Shown here: piece by piece, positions 22,401 through 37,177 of the stretch
How positions within the stretch are numbered: position 1 is the first letter of the stretch
Layout: each line of letters begins with the position of its first letter
NCBI GenBank assembly: GCA_009103225.1
Contig: RHPI01000772.1
Span: 227,538 to 291,537 of the forward strand
DNA length: 64,000 nt
Origin: Chlorokybus atmophyticus
Taxonomy: Eukaryota; Plantae; Mesostigma and Chlorokybus algae
Direction: 5' to 3'
Made by a program: the position numbers and the translations under genes
Notes under the pieces: generated by a model
What the model saw: only the letters and a program-made list of their open reading frames with translations
What the model was told of the DNA's origin: nothing
The model's database searches: none

Positions 22401-25400
22401 TTGAGCAGCGAGGCCACATACTGCCTGAGTTCCTCTTCTCCAGCATGCATGCACCACAAGTCCACACTATTGTGGACCAACTGAGCAACATGCTGATCCT
22501 GCTCGAGAGATGGCAAGGCGTGTCTCAGAAGCGCACATGTGAGAGCCGCGGGAGACACGCTATCATCTGCTTGCAAAGATGTTGAGTATGACAGCATGTG
22601 TTGGAGCTGCTGAACGACAGCTTCCAGCAGGGCGAGCCGCAGCATCGGCTCTTGTACAGTAACTAACACGCTGTCAATGTCAACAACAAGGTCGAGCGGG
22701 CCGGGCCGGCGCATGTCCTCATCCTCATCCCTCGCCAACTCATCACGGCATTGGTTCGCCAGCGCCAGCGCGGCGCACTGAACCCTCAACGCCACCGCGC
22801 ACGCTTGCGCGCGCGAACCCAACATCATCATCCCAACATCATCTCCTCCTTCCAGCACTCTGTGACCAACGGGTTCCAATGCGTGCGACATGAGCCGCTC
22901 CAGTGCTGTAAGGAGGCTCCGTGCGTTGGACGCGTGCACCTGAAGGTGGCGCAGACACGCCAGCCACAATTCCCCAAACCCAACAATGTCCACATGTGTC
23001 TGATCCTCCCTCCCGCCATACACGGCCTCCACGCCCTCGCTCACGACACCAACGAGCGCGCCGGCACGCCCTGCAGGGATGCGTCTGACAGCTGCTTCTA
23101 AAGCGTGATGCAGCGCTTTAAAATGGAGAAGGTTGCTATGTTGGTGGTGTGGTCTGGATGGAGACAGGCCGGATGCTGTAAGGAAGGAGAGCAGGCGCTC
23201 AAGCTGCACACAACGACCAACTCAAAGTTATATAACCCATCCAAGGCAAGGAACCATCAACACTAGTTCAATAAGATGAACAAGTCATGCGTGTACGCAC
23301 GCTTTGAGTGTGCGTGTGCCCATGCACGTATGCAAACACACTCACTCACATGCGCACACAAGCACGCGCGCGCGTTTGCTCATACCTGTCGCAGATCCGC
23401 GTACACTTCAATAAGCCGAATTGCCACATTCTCCCAAGTCCCAATAGCAGTCCCATTCTCAGTTCGGTCCTCGACCGGGATGTTCCGAGCCAGAGCGAGG
23501 TCCCAGATGCGGCCGGACGTGACCTGGGCCTCGAGGGCACGATGGTCCAACTCAAGCACTGCAGTCATAAAGCGCGGGAGAGAAGGAGGATTGAGTTGGG
23601 TCGTTGGGTCGTTACCTCCCCCTGCATCCCGCTTGCGCTTTGTCTTCTTGGCACTCTTCTCACTCCTGTCGCGTGGGGGCTCCTGAGGTTGAGGTTGGCT
23701 GCGTGTGCGCGCGAAGATAGTGTGGGTGTGGCGGGTGAGTGCGTCGAGGTGGCGCTTACCGGGATCATTCACAGGGTTGTATGCACCCACCTGTTGACCT
23801 TGCATCAGCCCCCCAATCCCGATACGTGATGCACATGAACACACCTGCATACACACGTACCTCTTTTGTTGCAGAGAGCAGACCCGCACTTGCCTGCACA
23901 TACGCATCCAACAAGCCAATACTTGAAGCAGACGGCAGCACGGCCTCAATGCGATGGAGGAAGAAGGACACAAAGCCAAACAACGGCGCCTGCATGCATG
24001 CTTGAGTGTTGGCATATGGCGACATAGGTTGGCTGTACTTAAGAGGTTGTTGTGTTCACCTTGTCTGTGCTCTTGGTGCCTGCTGCGCGATTTTCATGTT
24101 TGGCAAGATTGCGTGCGAGCAGGCGAAGCAGGAAGGGTAGAGCCCCCAGCGTTGCGCGGAAACCGACATCATTTTCAGTTTGTGGTGGCGCCATGGCATG
24201 TGACAGGGCCTGAAACAGCTGTCTGGCAAGAAGCACATGTGACAACCTATTGACATGGACAGCCACACGCGCGTGCACACACGCCGACGCACCACCCCCA
24301 CGCATGCGCACGCACCCACACGCCTACGCACGTGCGTACATGCCATCACACAGATACACTCACTTGTGGTAGCTTCGCGGGAGCGGTGCCTCGCCGCCTT
24401 GACCCTCACCTTCATCCGCCTTCTTCTTCCTCTTTTTGGGCCTCGCACCACCCTCTCCACCCTCTTCACCCTCCCCTTCACCCTCCTCCCCCTCTCTTTT
24501 GCCGCCATCCCCGCTCGCAGACAGGAAGTCCACAAAACCCGCGGTGTGCGCCGGGTGAAACAACCCGCCCGCAAGCGCTGCCTCCGTAGCCACGGCCAGC
24601 TTCGCGTTGGAGGCGTTGAGGGTTGAGAGCAAAGGTGACAGAAGCCGCGAGGAGACGAGGGCAAAGACCTGCAAGGGGAGAGCATTGTCAGCGTGTTGCA
24701 GTGTAAGTATACATGAGTCAGCAAGAATCAAAGATTGCAGCGCATGGTGAGCATAGCAAGCCCACTGTAGTTTAGCATGTAGAGTCTATCAAAGACAGCA
24801 AGTACAACAAGCGCACTTGACTTGCATAGACATGCACTCAGGCACGCACTCACACGTGCGTGTGCATGCGTATGCATGCCTGTGTGCATGTCTGTGCTAC
24901 AGTCAGTGGACTTGTTATACTGCGCATGCGTGTGTGCATGCATGTGCACACATGCGTGTGCGAATGCACACACAAGCATACGCGTGTGCGTGTGTGTGTG
25001 CGTTGCAAGCCCAATCAAGAGTAGGTATGAGCTTGTGTCCGCTGCAGTATTCAAGCTTGAAGCACTGTCTACCTTCTTGGGGTTCGGGTGGTCTCTAGCC
25101 GCCTTCGCCAACCCCTCCAGCAAGACGACAGCCACCTCGCTCCATCCATCGCTCTCATCTACCAAAGCATGCGGCAGAACCGCCTCCAGCGCCGAAGCGT
25201 ATTGCTCAAGTCCCGGCCGAAATGAGCGCTCAAACTTGGTGTACAGCACGCGAAGAGCGTCGGTGAGAGGCTTGAGGATGGAAGGATTGTTGTTGTTGTT
25301 GTTGTTGTTGTTGCTGTTTGTGGTGGTGATGGAGTGAATTGTTGCGGCTTCGGTGACTGCATTCAGCAGCGTCGGGTTCACGGCAGTAAAGCTGGAAACC

Positions 25401-26300
25401 TCCCTTGCGCTGAGGGAATTAGCTAGCACCTCCCACACGCGGGGGTCGCCAACACCACCAGCGCCACCTCCTGCCCCTCCCCCTCCTCCTCCTCCTCCTC
25501 CTCCTGTGTTTCCATGCTTTCCTCTACCTCCTCCTCGGCGACGGAGGAGAGTTTGGAGAGACCAGTCCAGGAGGGCGCGCCAGGAGGTGGAGGAGGTGGT
25601 GGTGGATGCTGTGGTTGGGGAGGAGGTGGAGGGCAGGGAGGTCGCCGCTCTGTAGGCAACCTCGGTCTTCCTAGTGGGGAGAAGGAGACTGATAGTCAAT
25701 TGGGTGTTGGTTTGAAGTGTGGAAGCCTTCAACATTGTGCTTGTGACGCATCCAAGCACGGTGCATGCAAGTTACGTTGTCACTTGCTGACTGACTTTGA
25801 CAGGATGCATGTATAACAGCATTGCGTCTAAGAATGACGCTTGCACAGCTAGGGTTTGGTTTCTCAACTTGCAGGTGTAATTTCATTCCCCAAGCAGCAC
25901 ACCAGTGACTCCGTGATTTCAGACAGCAACACAACACAAATGCATGCAACACGCAAAGCTAGCATACTGGGCAGAATACATCCATGTGTACAGTATGCGG
26001 CTGTAATCATAAGCAAGCTTGTGCTGCTGGCCTTGCTAGGCTGTATAGTAGTGGTGGTGTTGGTGGTAGCTGGCTGCATGCATTATGCTCATCGCACACA
26101 GTACCAAAGCTCACCGCTCCGCCGACACGTCAGGCGCCTGCAAGGCAGCCAAATCCATAGCATCCATCATGCGTTCAGCAACCTCCCCCACACCTGCCCT
26201 TCCTCCTCCTCCGCCTTCGCCGCCGCCGCCGCCAGCGGCAACCTTTGCGCCTAAGGGACTTAATTACTTACTTACTTCCAGGTTGAACGATCCGCATCGA
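19500..26300 (-). CDS. URB2: URB2/Npa2 nucleolar pre-ribosomal-associated protein (multi-exon)
   Basis: C-terminal LARLYEE...GKYVPYLLADYI...LDEARRTAYTLLRQDYEQHHKYTGKV* matches the Urb2 domain. N-terminal NPKKV|FALVSSRLLSPLL...GGLFHPAH resembles plant URB2. The 5' end is approximate. Confidence 0.8.
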
Positions 26301-26412
26301 GGTAAGGCTTGAGTTACGGTCTAACTGCAGCGATATCAAGGGCATCGCACAGAGTATCTGGAGGCCCGTCAGCGTATCTGGATACGCTGACGATTAGCAC
26401 GGCGGAGCAGAT

Positions 26413-26560
26413 TGCCACGTGGCAGGAATCTCGCTCGCTGCTGCGGCGGAGGCGGCGGCGGTGAAGAAGGAGGGGTGACAGGGAGAGGGTAAGGTGGACT
26501 GGAAGGAGGCGTGTCGATTACGCGTTTCTCTTGCGGTCGCTGTGCCGCGAGTTAGGGTTT
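26413..26560. promoter_or_regulatory. G-box palindrome and telo-box in the URB2/atlastin divergent promoter
   Basis: TGCCACGTGGCA at 26413-26424 and TTAGGGTTT at 26552-26560. Confidence 0.5.
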
Positions 26561-26652
26561 TGGTGAAGTTGGTTTAGTTGAACTGCTTGGCTATGCGGCG
26601 TTGAGGGGTGAAGGCTTGAGGTGCTGGTGGTACCCTTCGTTGTTTGCCCAGC

Positions 26653-29600
26653 ATGGAGGTAAAGAGTTCAGCTCTTCCGGTGGTTGAAGCAGAGCTCTCG
26701 ACATCCAACCCATGGGGACACCCACTGCAGGTTCGCTCACGAGATGCCTGCCTCGCATTCTTTGGCAAACCGCACCGATAGACATGACAGGGTAGCATTG
26801 CAAGCTACTATCTGTGAATTTATGTTTCATTCTCTCGTAACTTAATGGGTTACATGAAGACTTTCTGGGTCAGTTGGCTGCTTGCCTTTCTGGTTTGCAT
26901 GGGTTCTGCAGTGTGCAACTCATTCCTGCTAATCACTTGCACGCGATGGTGGCAGGCACATTGAGGTTGCGAGTGCATGCTTTCATATGTCTTGTGTGTC
27001 TGCACTGAAGGTTATCAGCATCAGCGATGACAAGAAAGAGATCCAGCTGGACGAGGGAAACCTACAGGTCATACTAGACAACCTGAAAGACCCAGACATC
27101 CCTGAGAAGCTTGCACTGATCTCCATTGTTGGCGCATACCGCACAGGTGTGTGCCAGCAAAACAGACACATTAGTGCACATCAGTGGTTAGTACTTGGCT
27201 CAGGCGTTACACCTTGTGTGTGCTGCGTGCACAGGCAAGTCATTTCTGTTGAACATCTTCTTGAGTTACCTGCGCCAAGTAAACCCTGAGACAAAGCAGC
27301 TGCCGGAGGATGATGACGTTCTTTTTGGTGCGGATGCCAATCTGGCCAAGGACGACACTGGGTTTAAATGGAGAGGTGGCAGGCATCCTGAGACGCTTGG
27401 CATATGGATGCACTCAAAGCCCTTTGTGCTGAAGCTGCCTTCCGGGGAAGATGTCGCTGTGCTACTGATGGACACACAGGTGACAACCGGGATGTTGCAG
27501 CAATGCATGCGCACACCACTTTTTACTGATAAAGTCGTCATGTGGATGCCCAGGGCATGTTTGATCATGAAACGCCACCACAGCTCACGCGCGCTATTTT
27601 CGGTCTCACCACTCTACTAAGCTCGTACCAGATTATGAATGTCAAGTACCAGGTAAGGTCAACAAAAGTAGCGCAATGCTTTGCAACATGAGGGTACTTG
27701 TTACACATAGCCTACCAGATTCAAATCCGTGGAAGCTTAACTGCTTTACTGATTGACTGCTTGAGATAAGTAACTACCACCCAAGCTTATAGTTGCCTTT
27801 GGCTTGAGAGTTATGTTTCCATTGTCATGCCTCCAGATACAAGACAACACGTTGCAAGAGGTGCACCACTTCACGGAGTTTGCACATTCAGCCATGAGAG
27901 AGATCAAGTTGGTGTCTGGGTTAGCGGACAAGGCATCCGGATCAACAAGAGAAGAGGACGGTGAGGTTGAGGAGGCGAGGCCTTTCCAGACGCTCGAGTT
28001 CTTGATACGCGATTATCAACACGAGGACTTGCCGGCTGATGACCCAAAAGCTTGCAGGTAGCTCAAATGCCTAGCCAAAGCATTAATGGTGTGCATGTTG
28101 GACTAGTTCCTGGCTAATGCATAGCGTGATCATTCATAGGATGTTAATGAACACCTATCTGGAGGAAACGTTGGGTACCAGTGGTCAGTACAGTAGTCAA
28201 GATGCACGCGCACGCATCAAAGATTCGTTCACAAAGGTGGACTGTTTTCTGCTTCCGCAACCAGGTTTGCTTAAACAAACTTGGAACCTGGTTTGCTGGC
28301 AGCTGTGTGGATCCGCTGTACCACTCACTGCTCATCAACTCTTACAGGCTCAAAAATGGCGAGTCCTTCCTGGAATGGCAATTTTAGCGATGTTGACGAC
28401 GGTTTCAAGCGGTTGTGCGCGTTGTATGTGAGGCATGTCTTTGGGGAGGCCTTGGTCACCAAACGCAGCCTTGATCGTGAAGTGACCACCAGCTCACTTG
28501 GCCAGGCATGGTTACATGCCTACAACCGTGATCATATGTTGTACCGAGGTGGCGTGCGCTTACTCCACCGCCACTGGCACAGGTGTTCCGCGAGTGGACG
28601 GAGGTGTTCAAGGGTGGTGATCTGCCCGAGGCAATGACAATGGTTCAGGTGTGCACTTCCTTCGATTGTTCTTTCTCTCTTCCGGTTCAGCTCAGTGATA
28701 ATACTACATGATGTGACCAGTCCGGTTGTACTTCTTTTCTGGCACATGGAGTTGCTCATTATTTCACCATCTATGCAGGCTATGACGCGCACATACAACT
28801 TGCACGCCAAGGACGAAGCCATGAAGAAGTACAGGGCTGTAATGTCATCAGAATGCACATCGTACCTGGTCGCGGATGCCTTCAGGCGTGTGCACGAGTC
28901 CGCAGCGCAGGCGGCATTGGACATGTTCCGTGCAGTGGCTAAGTAAGGCGACTAATTGCTGACATACCCCCCCCTTTCCCCCCTCAACAGCAAAGCAGAC
29001 TGCACTTACATCCACTACATGAGCATACTGGCAATGGTTGCTGCTGAAGTTAATTCTTATCAGGTATGGAAGCGAAGAAGAAAGGCGGAACACGCGGCAA
29101 GAACTCCAGTCAGACATTGAGGTCGAACGAGCACGCTTCACTGAGGAGAATCATCTGCGTTTGCACAAGGCAAGCCACATGGCTTTTGTTCGAGTCACAT
29201 GCTTGCTCTTGCGTGTCCTTCTTACACGCCAATCGTGTGCAGGGTCTCAACCAGCTTGCGCCCGTGCTGGCCGCGACGTTGGTGATGCTCGCGGCGGATC
29301 TCGCAAGCAATGTGTTGTGCGATTGGTGGTCGGACACGTGCGTAAAGGCCTCGTGGTATCTGTGGGTAAGCATATACATGGCACACAGCTCTTCTTTTCC
29401 ATCGTGGTGCGAGTTGAGGGTGTCTCTCACTCTTCTCCCCTTTGTGATGGTGCGCAGATCTCCTATGTTCTTGGCTTTGCTATCATTGCGGCCGCTGTTT
29501 TCTACAAGTACAAGTCAGAAGGAAAGAATGTCGCTGTGCAGGTATGCTCCAGGCCTGACAGTTGTCCAGTTGTGTGTACTGTGCCACTTGACCTGCTCAC

Positions 29601-29776
29601 CGCCGAGTGTTTTTGATTGACCTTGGACGTGAAGCATTACCTGATCTGACAGCATGTGTGCCTTGCCGCAGTCTTCAATGGGGCTTTTGTCAAGGGTTGT
29701 GGAGATGTTCAACAATGCCTACGACATTGCTGCATCATATATGCAGCGAGGCAAAGAGAAAGCACATGCCGCATGA
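26653..29776 (+). CDS. ATL: Atlastin-family dynamin-like GTPase (ER fusogen)
   Basis: G1 GAYRTG|KS, G2 ETLGIWM, G3 LLMDTQG, G4 FLIRD, helical bundle, two TM segments flanking CDWWSDTC, and a C-terminal amphipathic tail. Confidence 0.88.
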
Positions 29777-32700
29777 GGGGGCGTATAGCGGTTTGTGCTT
29801 GTATATTGTCTTTGGATTGAGTGTACATGTACAATTGTTGTTGTGCTCTTGCGTTTACCACAGCTGCCATGCGGTTGTGCACCACGCAAGCGCATTGTTT
29901 GCATATGCATGGTCGAGCGTGCCTTAGTGCCGCCCAGCGCATTCATTCATTGTTGAATACAAGCAACTCTACATAATGCACATGCAAGCGTTTGTCACCC
30001 GCTACCATGCCTATTTACACAACAACGCACATATGGCATCCCAATATGAGTTACTCAATCCACTACACTCACACATGGTCCTATCCCAACACAACCTTCT
30101 GCATTAGTGACACTGCGTGTAGGGGCCCATGAACGAGCATCGCTTCCACTGCCATCCCTTCCCGCTGAATCATCTGCCCACATCTGCGTTCGTTGTAGTG
30201 CACACGCCATGCGATGAGGAAACAGCGTGACAAAGGTGCTTAATCTTTACAATGGCAGCGCACGGCTCTGCACCGTTGGTGTCCGCATGATTGAGGAGCT
30301 TGTGAAAGTCCTCTCGCCAAAACTACCATAGGTCCAAGCATGTGGAAAAAAGGTGTTGCTTGGCGGGTTGTTGTGGTACTTCGCTGTGTTCACCCTTTTC
30401 TTCCGCTTGCACGCAACTTCTGCACGTCTGACGTCGTATGTGATTGGCACGGTAAGAAGCAAGCGTCAGGCACAACTGCTCAACAGCTCGGACGCCACCA
30501 AGTCAATAGAACTGCCGCGTGTCTCCCCTTGATGAATTGGCAGAATCGCAATTCGCTCGTGGCTGACCGTAAGCTCCCCTTGCTATGTGTTACACCCTTG
30601 GAAGTCATAGTGCGTAGTAGTCGTCGCTCCGCACCACAGCACAACAAGTGTACAAGAGATAGTATGCCAAATTGGTAGCATGCATGGTGTTAAGCACGGC
30701 ATTGCATATATTTACACACTGTGTCATGTACAACATCCAGCACTTGGCACATGCTATCTCATGCTTGCAATCTACACCAGCGGTTCACTAAAAGGCTGCC
30801 AATTCTACCTCACACGCTAAGCCCCCACCACGTTGGTCACACCAGCATGCATGGTGTCCCATGATCACCTGCGCATGCGCGTTGCGCCGCTACGTCTAGT
30901 AATGTGTTCCCCGCATCACATGTACACCACTGCACGTTCATCTGTATAGGATGCGGCAGCCTAGCACAGTGAGCATGATTGTTCGATACAGCTTTGCCCA
31001 TAGGCACAATGATGACAACATCAGTGGCGCTAGCCAGGTGCCCGCCGCCAACAATGAAGTGACATAAACCTGTTGCTTTGACACATCAGCCACCTCATAT
31101 ACCCGTTTTTTACCTCACGCCAGCCCGGCCTTGCTGCACTGCGGTTGCATGATGCAATGCTATGTACCGATAAGGGTTTTATTTCAATACTTGTGATCAT
31201 GCCGTGATTTTTGCCATTGTCCTTGAATGTTTTGCATTACACAAACTATGCATTTGCAAGGACTACCGAGTGGTTGAATTAGAAGGGTACTCTTTGATTG
31301 CAATAACCGTGCACACATGGTCGATAAGGTGGACAATGGATTGTCCTCATAATCCTGAAAATAAAATGGCAAACACCACAAGCATATGCTCAGCGCGGAA
31401 TGCATTCAATGTAGGCTTTACACATTCTATGCAATCATAGCATACGAAGCATTCAACAGAAACCTGCTGCATGAAGCACGTTAATCGATTGCAAATTGCC
31501 CTTAGGGCCTTTGAGAACCAAACGGTTTGGTCGCTAAATTGTACACAAACCCATGTGCAATACAATTTGCAACATGATCGTAGGTGGTAGCAGTAGTCAT
31601 TAACCAAACAGCAAACTTGAAGACTACAAATGTCACATTGCGCTTGATACTTAGTTATAAATGCATAACGCCCCCCACTATATGCACAACAATTATGTTG
31701 CGCAAAGTTTGTATGCAGACCAATTGCGTGCAACATCTTTGCATGAATTCTTCTCATTGTTTTAAAGCATCGTTTACGTCTTTCCATAACCAGAGCAATT
31801 GTCGAGAGTCCATTATAGTTAACAGAACATTGCAATAAACGATGATGATTGTCAACTACAATGCACCGAGAACAAGCATTTCTTTTAGAGGCTGCAGCCT
31901 CAAAACGTATGACGTACCATGATACATTATGAAGCAAGGCCCGCAACTATTGCCAGTACAGGTAAAGTACTTCAGGTTATAATGATACTTATGACAAGAT
32001 CATCAATTTATCTTTATGTGCCATAAACATGATGGTGTGGCTCAGCGTGATCAGCCAGTAACCTTAATTGATAGAATATATAGTCTGGAACCGCTAAAAC
32101 ACTATTCTCTCAAACGCCACGAGAATAACCCCGTTTGTGGAATTCCAAATTGAATAAGTGCGACCTCTATTACGAGGGTAGACCTACCGGGGGGAATTTC
32201 ACCATTGCGCCACCATACTGACAAGCCACCGGTCGATCGCCCTAGCTGTACCGGTCATCATTTGCAGCAATATTCGCGCAGACGAGCCGACTGCCGCCGG
32301 TTAGGGTTGATTATGAACGGCCAGCATCCGGTCCTTCGGTTATGTGAAGGGTACCAAAACAACCGGACAGGCATCTGACTTTGACTCTGCGAGCCAGAGA
32401 GATCTGCGAAGCCATAATAGTTTTGTTCTCTCTCTCACGCTCTCTCCTGCTTGCCGCATTGAACGGGCCCCTGGCATCCAGGCTTGGTGTTTCTTGTGGG
32501 TGGTCGTGTGGGTGTACGCTGAGTGTCGGTAGGTGTTTGTTTGTGTGTAAGGTAGGTGTGGTAGTCATCCACCACCACAATCGAACACACATACACATAC
32601 CCGCGCTCCGTGCTGGCCTGAGCCTTAGCCTGGCCTGGCTCAGGGCTTAGTTGACTTGGGATGGGGGTGCTTCTGGCCAACAGAGGCGTAGACAGGAGGT

Positions 32701-33118
32701 TCAGACTTGCTTGGTTCGTGTGTATGTAACTATGCAGCTGAGAGGCCACTATATACGTAGCAGTAGCACTGCAAGTGTCCAGTTCTGCGAGGGTGAACAC
32801 CTTATGGGAGTGCGCATTGCAAAAGTGACAAGGTTTAGACGCAGGCTTTGCCCTGCATCATCACTCAGCCTGTAGAGCAACAAATAGATTAGGTATAAGT
32901 CTCTCTAGATATGGGCCAGCAGGGTGAGGAGGTAGGAGAGAGCGTACACCAAGATGATGATGGTCAAGATCAGGCAGGCCGCATCAGTGCTACAGATGAA
33001 GCCAGTGGAGATGTTATGGCGCCGGGGACATCATCGATGGCGAAAGCTGCCCTGGATATCATCGACATTGACTTTGCCTCCAATGCTGCGCGCATCAGGG
33101 TGTGGACTTGTTGCTGTC

Positions 33119-33151
<33 letters not shown>

Positions 33152-33561
33152 GTTGTTGTATGCGTATGTGTACTTGTTGTTATTGAGGGCATACACTTGC
33201 TGCACGCAATGTGACGTTGTCACTGTTGGGGTTGTAGTTGTTGATGTTGAACAAGCGTACTTGTCCTGCGCGCAGAGTGGTGCCGAGGCAGCATCAACAA
33301 CAACAGCAACAACATCAACAACCACATTCACCACGATCAAGACACTGGCGTCAGACGCGCAGAGAGGTCCCCTCATGGCAGTGGTGAGTGACACCGACAA
33401 ACCAAACCAAGCAACGATACTAACCAATGACCAGTGCGTTGAAGCCATGTCAAAATAAGAGTTCAAATACTTCAGTAGCTCAACTCGTATATCTGTCGCA
33501 TACACAGCAGGGCACACGACCGGTGATTGTGCCAAGACTCAGCCCGCCTCTGCGCCCCGAC

Positions 33562-35293
33562 ATGAGCCCTCGCAGGTGCGCACGTGTGTACGCGGGCATG
33601 CTCCAGCGTGTGCGTGTGCGCACGCGCTAGCGTGTGCAAGTCTACGCGTGTGCACATGAGTGTAAAGTAGTGTAGTGTAGTGTAGTATATGCACGCGCAG
33701 ATGTACATGCTCATCGTTTGGCGTGCGCCTGTGTAACATTATTCCAGAGTGCACGCATCCGCACAACATTATGTTGTACAGACGCACTACCTCACGCTGT
33801 TAAGCTACCATTGTGCGAACTTGCCTTCCTCCAAGCAGGCGTAAGGAGGTGGCGGTTTCCGACCTGGAGCTCCCGAGCGTGTCGGGCCAAGACAGGGAAC
33901 GACAGCACAGTCTCCCCAAACAACCGCACGTAATACTCAGACATTACACTTCAAGCACAGGATCCTTTTCCCACACAGCTTGTGGACACAGCACTTGACT
34001 TCAAAACATGCACTCACCCACGCAGACACGCACGCACGCTGTTACACACATGCGTACGCATCAATCCCCCCCTCCCTCCCCCCCCTCTTTCACCTTGACA
34101 CAACACTCCTCCTGTGTGCGCTCAGGCCGCCCGGCGTTTCTACCGCCTCCCGCTCCACGACAGGCTGGACTCGTCGTCATCCTCCGACGACGGTAGTCGT
34201 GAGGGGGTTGGCGTCGATGGCAATGGTAGTGGTGAGAGTCAGGAGAGTAACAACAACAGGGGGAGGAGGTCGCTCACGATACCGATGCACAACTTCGGGT
34301 GGGTGTTGAGGTGGGATGTCGTGAGTTGTTGCGGCGTATGTTACATACGCGCACGCGCGCGTACTCATCTAGACACACACCTTTTCTGCTGTTCTGAGCT
34401 TGCAATCTTGCGTGCGTGCACAGTTTGCCGTTGCCGGGAGCGCTGCAGGAAGCCCGCGCCGCGAGCGAGGCAAAGCAAAGGTAAACACGCGCATCCACAC
34501 AGAATGTAGTATCAACGACGCAAGCACGGGAATATCATCATTATCATCAACTCCAATGACAGGGTGTCTTTGTACGTGTGCGACGCGGAGGTGGACGCGT
34601 CGATCCTGCGTCGCGCGCGGTGTCTGCGGCCGCTCACGTCGCCAAAAGCCATGGCGCCGCCTCCGTCGCATCATCCGATGCATCCCTCTCAGCAGCAAGC
34701 GGTGAGTGAGCGGCGAGTCGGGGGGCATGTTGTAGTACATGTGTATGTGTGTGCTTGTGTGCGTGTTTGCGAGCGTGCGCATGGACACGCGCGCACGTGC
34801 GCATGCGCACACTCGCATGCACGCATGTATGCGGCACGCACCCGATCGTATGCGTGAATGCATGCGTGTGCATGCGCGTTCACCAACGAGCACAGGTACG
34901 TGTGCGCGCACGCACGCACATGTGCACATGCGCTTTTGTGTGTATGTTCAAAGTACTCAACATCACCGTTTCTCCTTCTCAGTCGTCGCCTCGGCACCCT
35001 GGCCCTCCCACCCTCGCCGAGGTGCGCCTCGACCTCGACCGCACACGCCACATGCTGCAGGTTCACTTCTCACACATCACACCACTCAAGTTACTCATCG
35101 ATCAATCAAGTCATTGGCCTCCGCGAACTTATAATCGAGCACGCGCACATACACACGCGCACTTTCTTTCTTGTCTTAGGCTTCTGATGCTGGCGGGGCC
35201 GCACTGCTTAGCGTCACCGCACCACTTCCACGCGTCAAAGAAGAACAGCACTCACCAAGAGTGAGTAGTCGTCTTGGTACATCGCAGTCATCT

Positions 35294-35325
<32 letters not shown>

Positions 35326-35888
35326 GCAACAATCAGATGATGATGCTGATCGTGGTGCTATTGTTGTGTAGGACACTGATGCGGATGCGGAGCCTCTCTC
35401 CCCGCGGGCCGTGCTTGCGACGGGCGTGGTCAACATGTCCACACACCTCCCCGTCAACAACAACGGCGGCAGCAGCAAGCAGAAGGACGGAAGGGTCGAT
35501 GGCTACAAAACCAAAGGTCAGTGTAAGATAGTGGGTTATGGATACAAGTGTGCAGTCCGGAGGTGGTTGCTGTGTGAATGCGTGCGTGCGTGCGTGCGCG
35601 ACTGCGTGTGCACAACATGTTTGTGTGTACGTGTCCGTGTTTGTGTCTATGTGTCCCTGTTCGGGCGCGAATGCCACGCACGCACGCACGCACGCACGCA
35701 CGTATGTGACCTACCCTTTACGTATCCCCAGGTTTCTCTCAAACCTCCCCTCGCTTAGCCCCCAAATCCCACCGCGACCCCTCCAAACCCACAACAACAA
35801 CCCACCCTCTTCAGAAACTCACTTCACTGCCTCTGGCGGACGACTTCCTGCTGCTCCAAACCCACCACCAACCCAACAGCATCAATAA
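33562..35888 (+). CDS. Multi-exon hypothetical low-complexity protein
   Basis: Several GC-rich GT-AG-bounded blocks (e.g. AARRFYRLPLHDRLD, PTLAEVRLDLDRTRHMLQ, ending PTQQHQ*) between RY-rich introns. No recognisable domain, and the boundaries are uncertain. Confidence 0.4.
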
Positions 35889-37177
35889 CAACAATGAGGC
35901 GGGGACCTATGCGTGGCACATGAGCTACAGGCACATCGGGCGAGGAGGAGGGGGAGGACATGTGAGCCAGAGTAAGGGGGGTGACAGGAGCAGTGCCAAG
36001 TGGGATGGGAGGCAGAGGATTGGGTCGTATTACGTCAATGCTAGGGCACTGTCCATGAGCATGTTTTGAGTATGGTATAGTTGGGGGGGGGGGGGGCTGT
36101 GTTTTGTGGTCGTGATGCGGTGGGGTGATTGTCTCTCAGGCACAGTTGTTGCGATGTTGGGTTTCTTTATGGGAGTGCCCTCCGCACGCGCTCGTGTTGC
36201 ATATGTCACTCCTGATATGTTACATTCATACCAGTACGGTCACAGGCTGCACAGTCACGTGGCGTGTGGCGCTGGGACTCACATGCGCATTAGCAACACA
36301 TGGATTGCGCACAACATTGCATGCACTCTTGTGATGTGTGCAAGTAGACCGGTGCGATAGTGCGAGGGCATCAATTTGTTGCTTTGATGATGATATGATT
36401 TCCTTTTGGAGCACACAGCTAGTATGACTCTCAAGCAACATACCGCCTTAGAGGCTTGCAATCATACGAATGTGCACGCACGCACGCACACACTCATGTA
36501 CGCATGCGCACTGAGGCTTATCAGCTTATGAGGCTTGTTATGTAACTTGCACAATCAGACAGTTGTATTTACCCATGCAGAGCTGTCTACCACGCCGTGT
36601 AGAGACAGACAAGCAAACACTTGCACGATGATAGCAACACATGCACAAACCTGACATGCTTGTGAGAAAATGCAGAGGATAACACGAGGATTGGACACCA
36701 TGCGGATAGCTACGAGTGCATGCGCTGCGCGTGCACTCTTTACAACTGATGTGTTCGACCATTCTTGCTCTCAGCATGTACTCACATTCTTCGCTTGTGC
36801 ATATACTTTCAGCTTGCATAATGTCGTTGGCAGACTGCAGCAACAACAGAGATGCAAACTTGCAAAGCCATCAGACAAGCGGATCAAACAGAGCATGACA
36901 TCAATCACAAATTCACATCAATTGGCAGGTGACCACCGTAGCAGCTCTTTACACAACACAGTCTCTATGTACATACGCTCTGCAACACCACCACTGTTGT
37001 ACTGACTGCACTACAGTAGCTAGTCATCCTCAAGTGTGATTGACGCAATACGACTACCCACTACACCAACCCAAGTGAAAAACCCTTGCAGCGCTCGCTC
37101 AAAAGCAGGCGAGAACCTCACAAGCAAGCAAGCAAGAAGATGAAATAGAGCGGCGACAGCTTCCCAAACCGACGGGT

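Noticed and set aside
29950-32300. AT-richer segment with a 199-aa minus-strand ORF (31347-31946); possible TE remnant
   Set aside because: No TIR, TSD or transposase motif found; the ORF looks non-coding in composition.
32311-33535. Possible small gene near the telo-box at 32301
   Set aside because: Competing low-complexity ORFs on both strands and a (GTT)n repeat; I could not choose a strand or frame.
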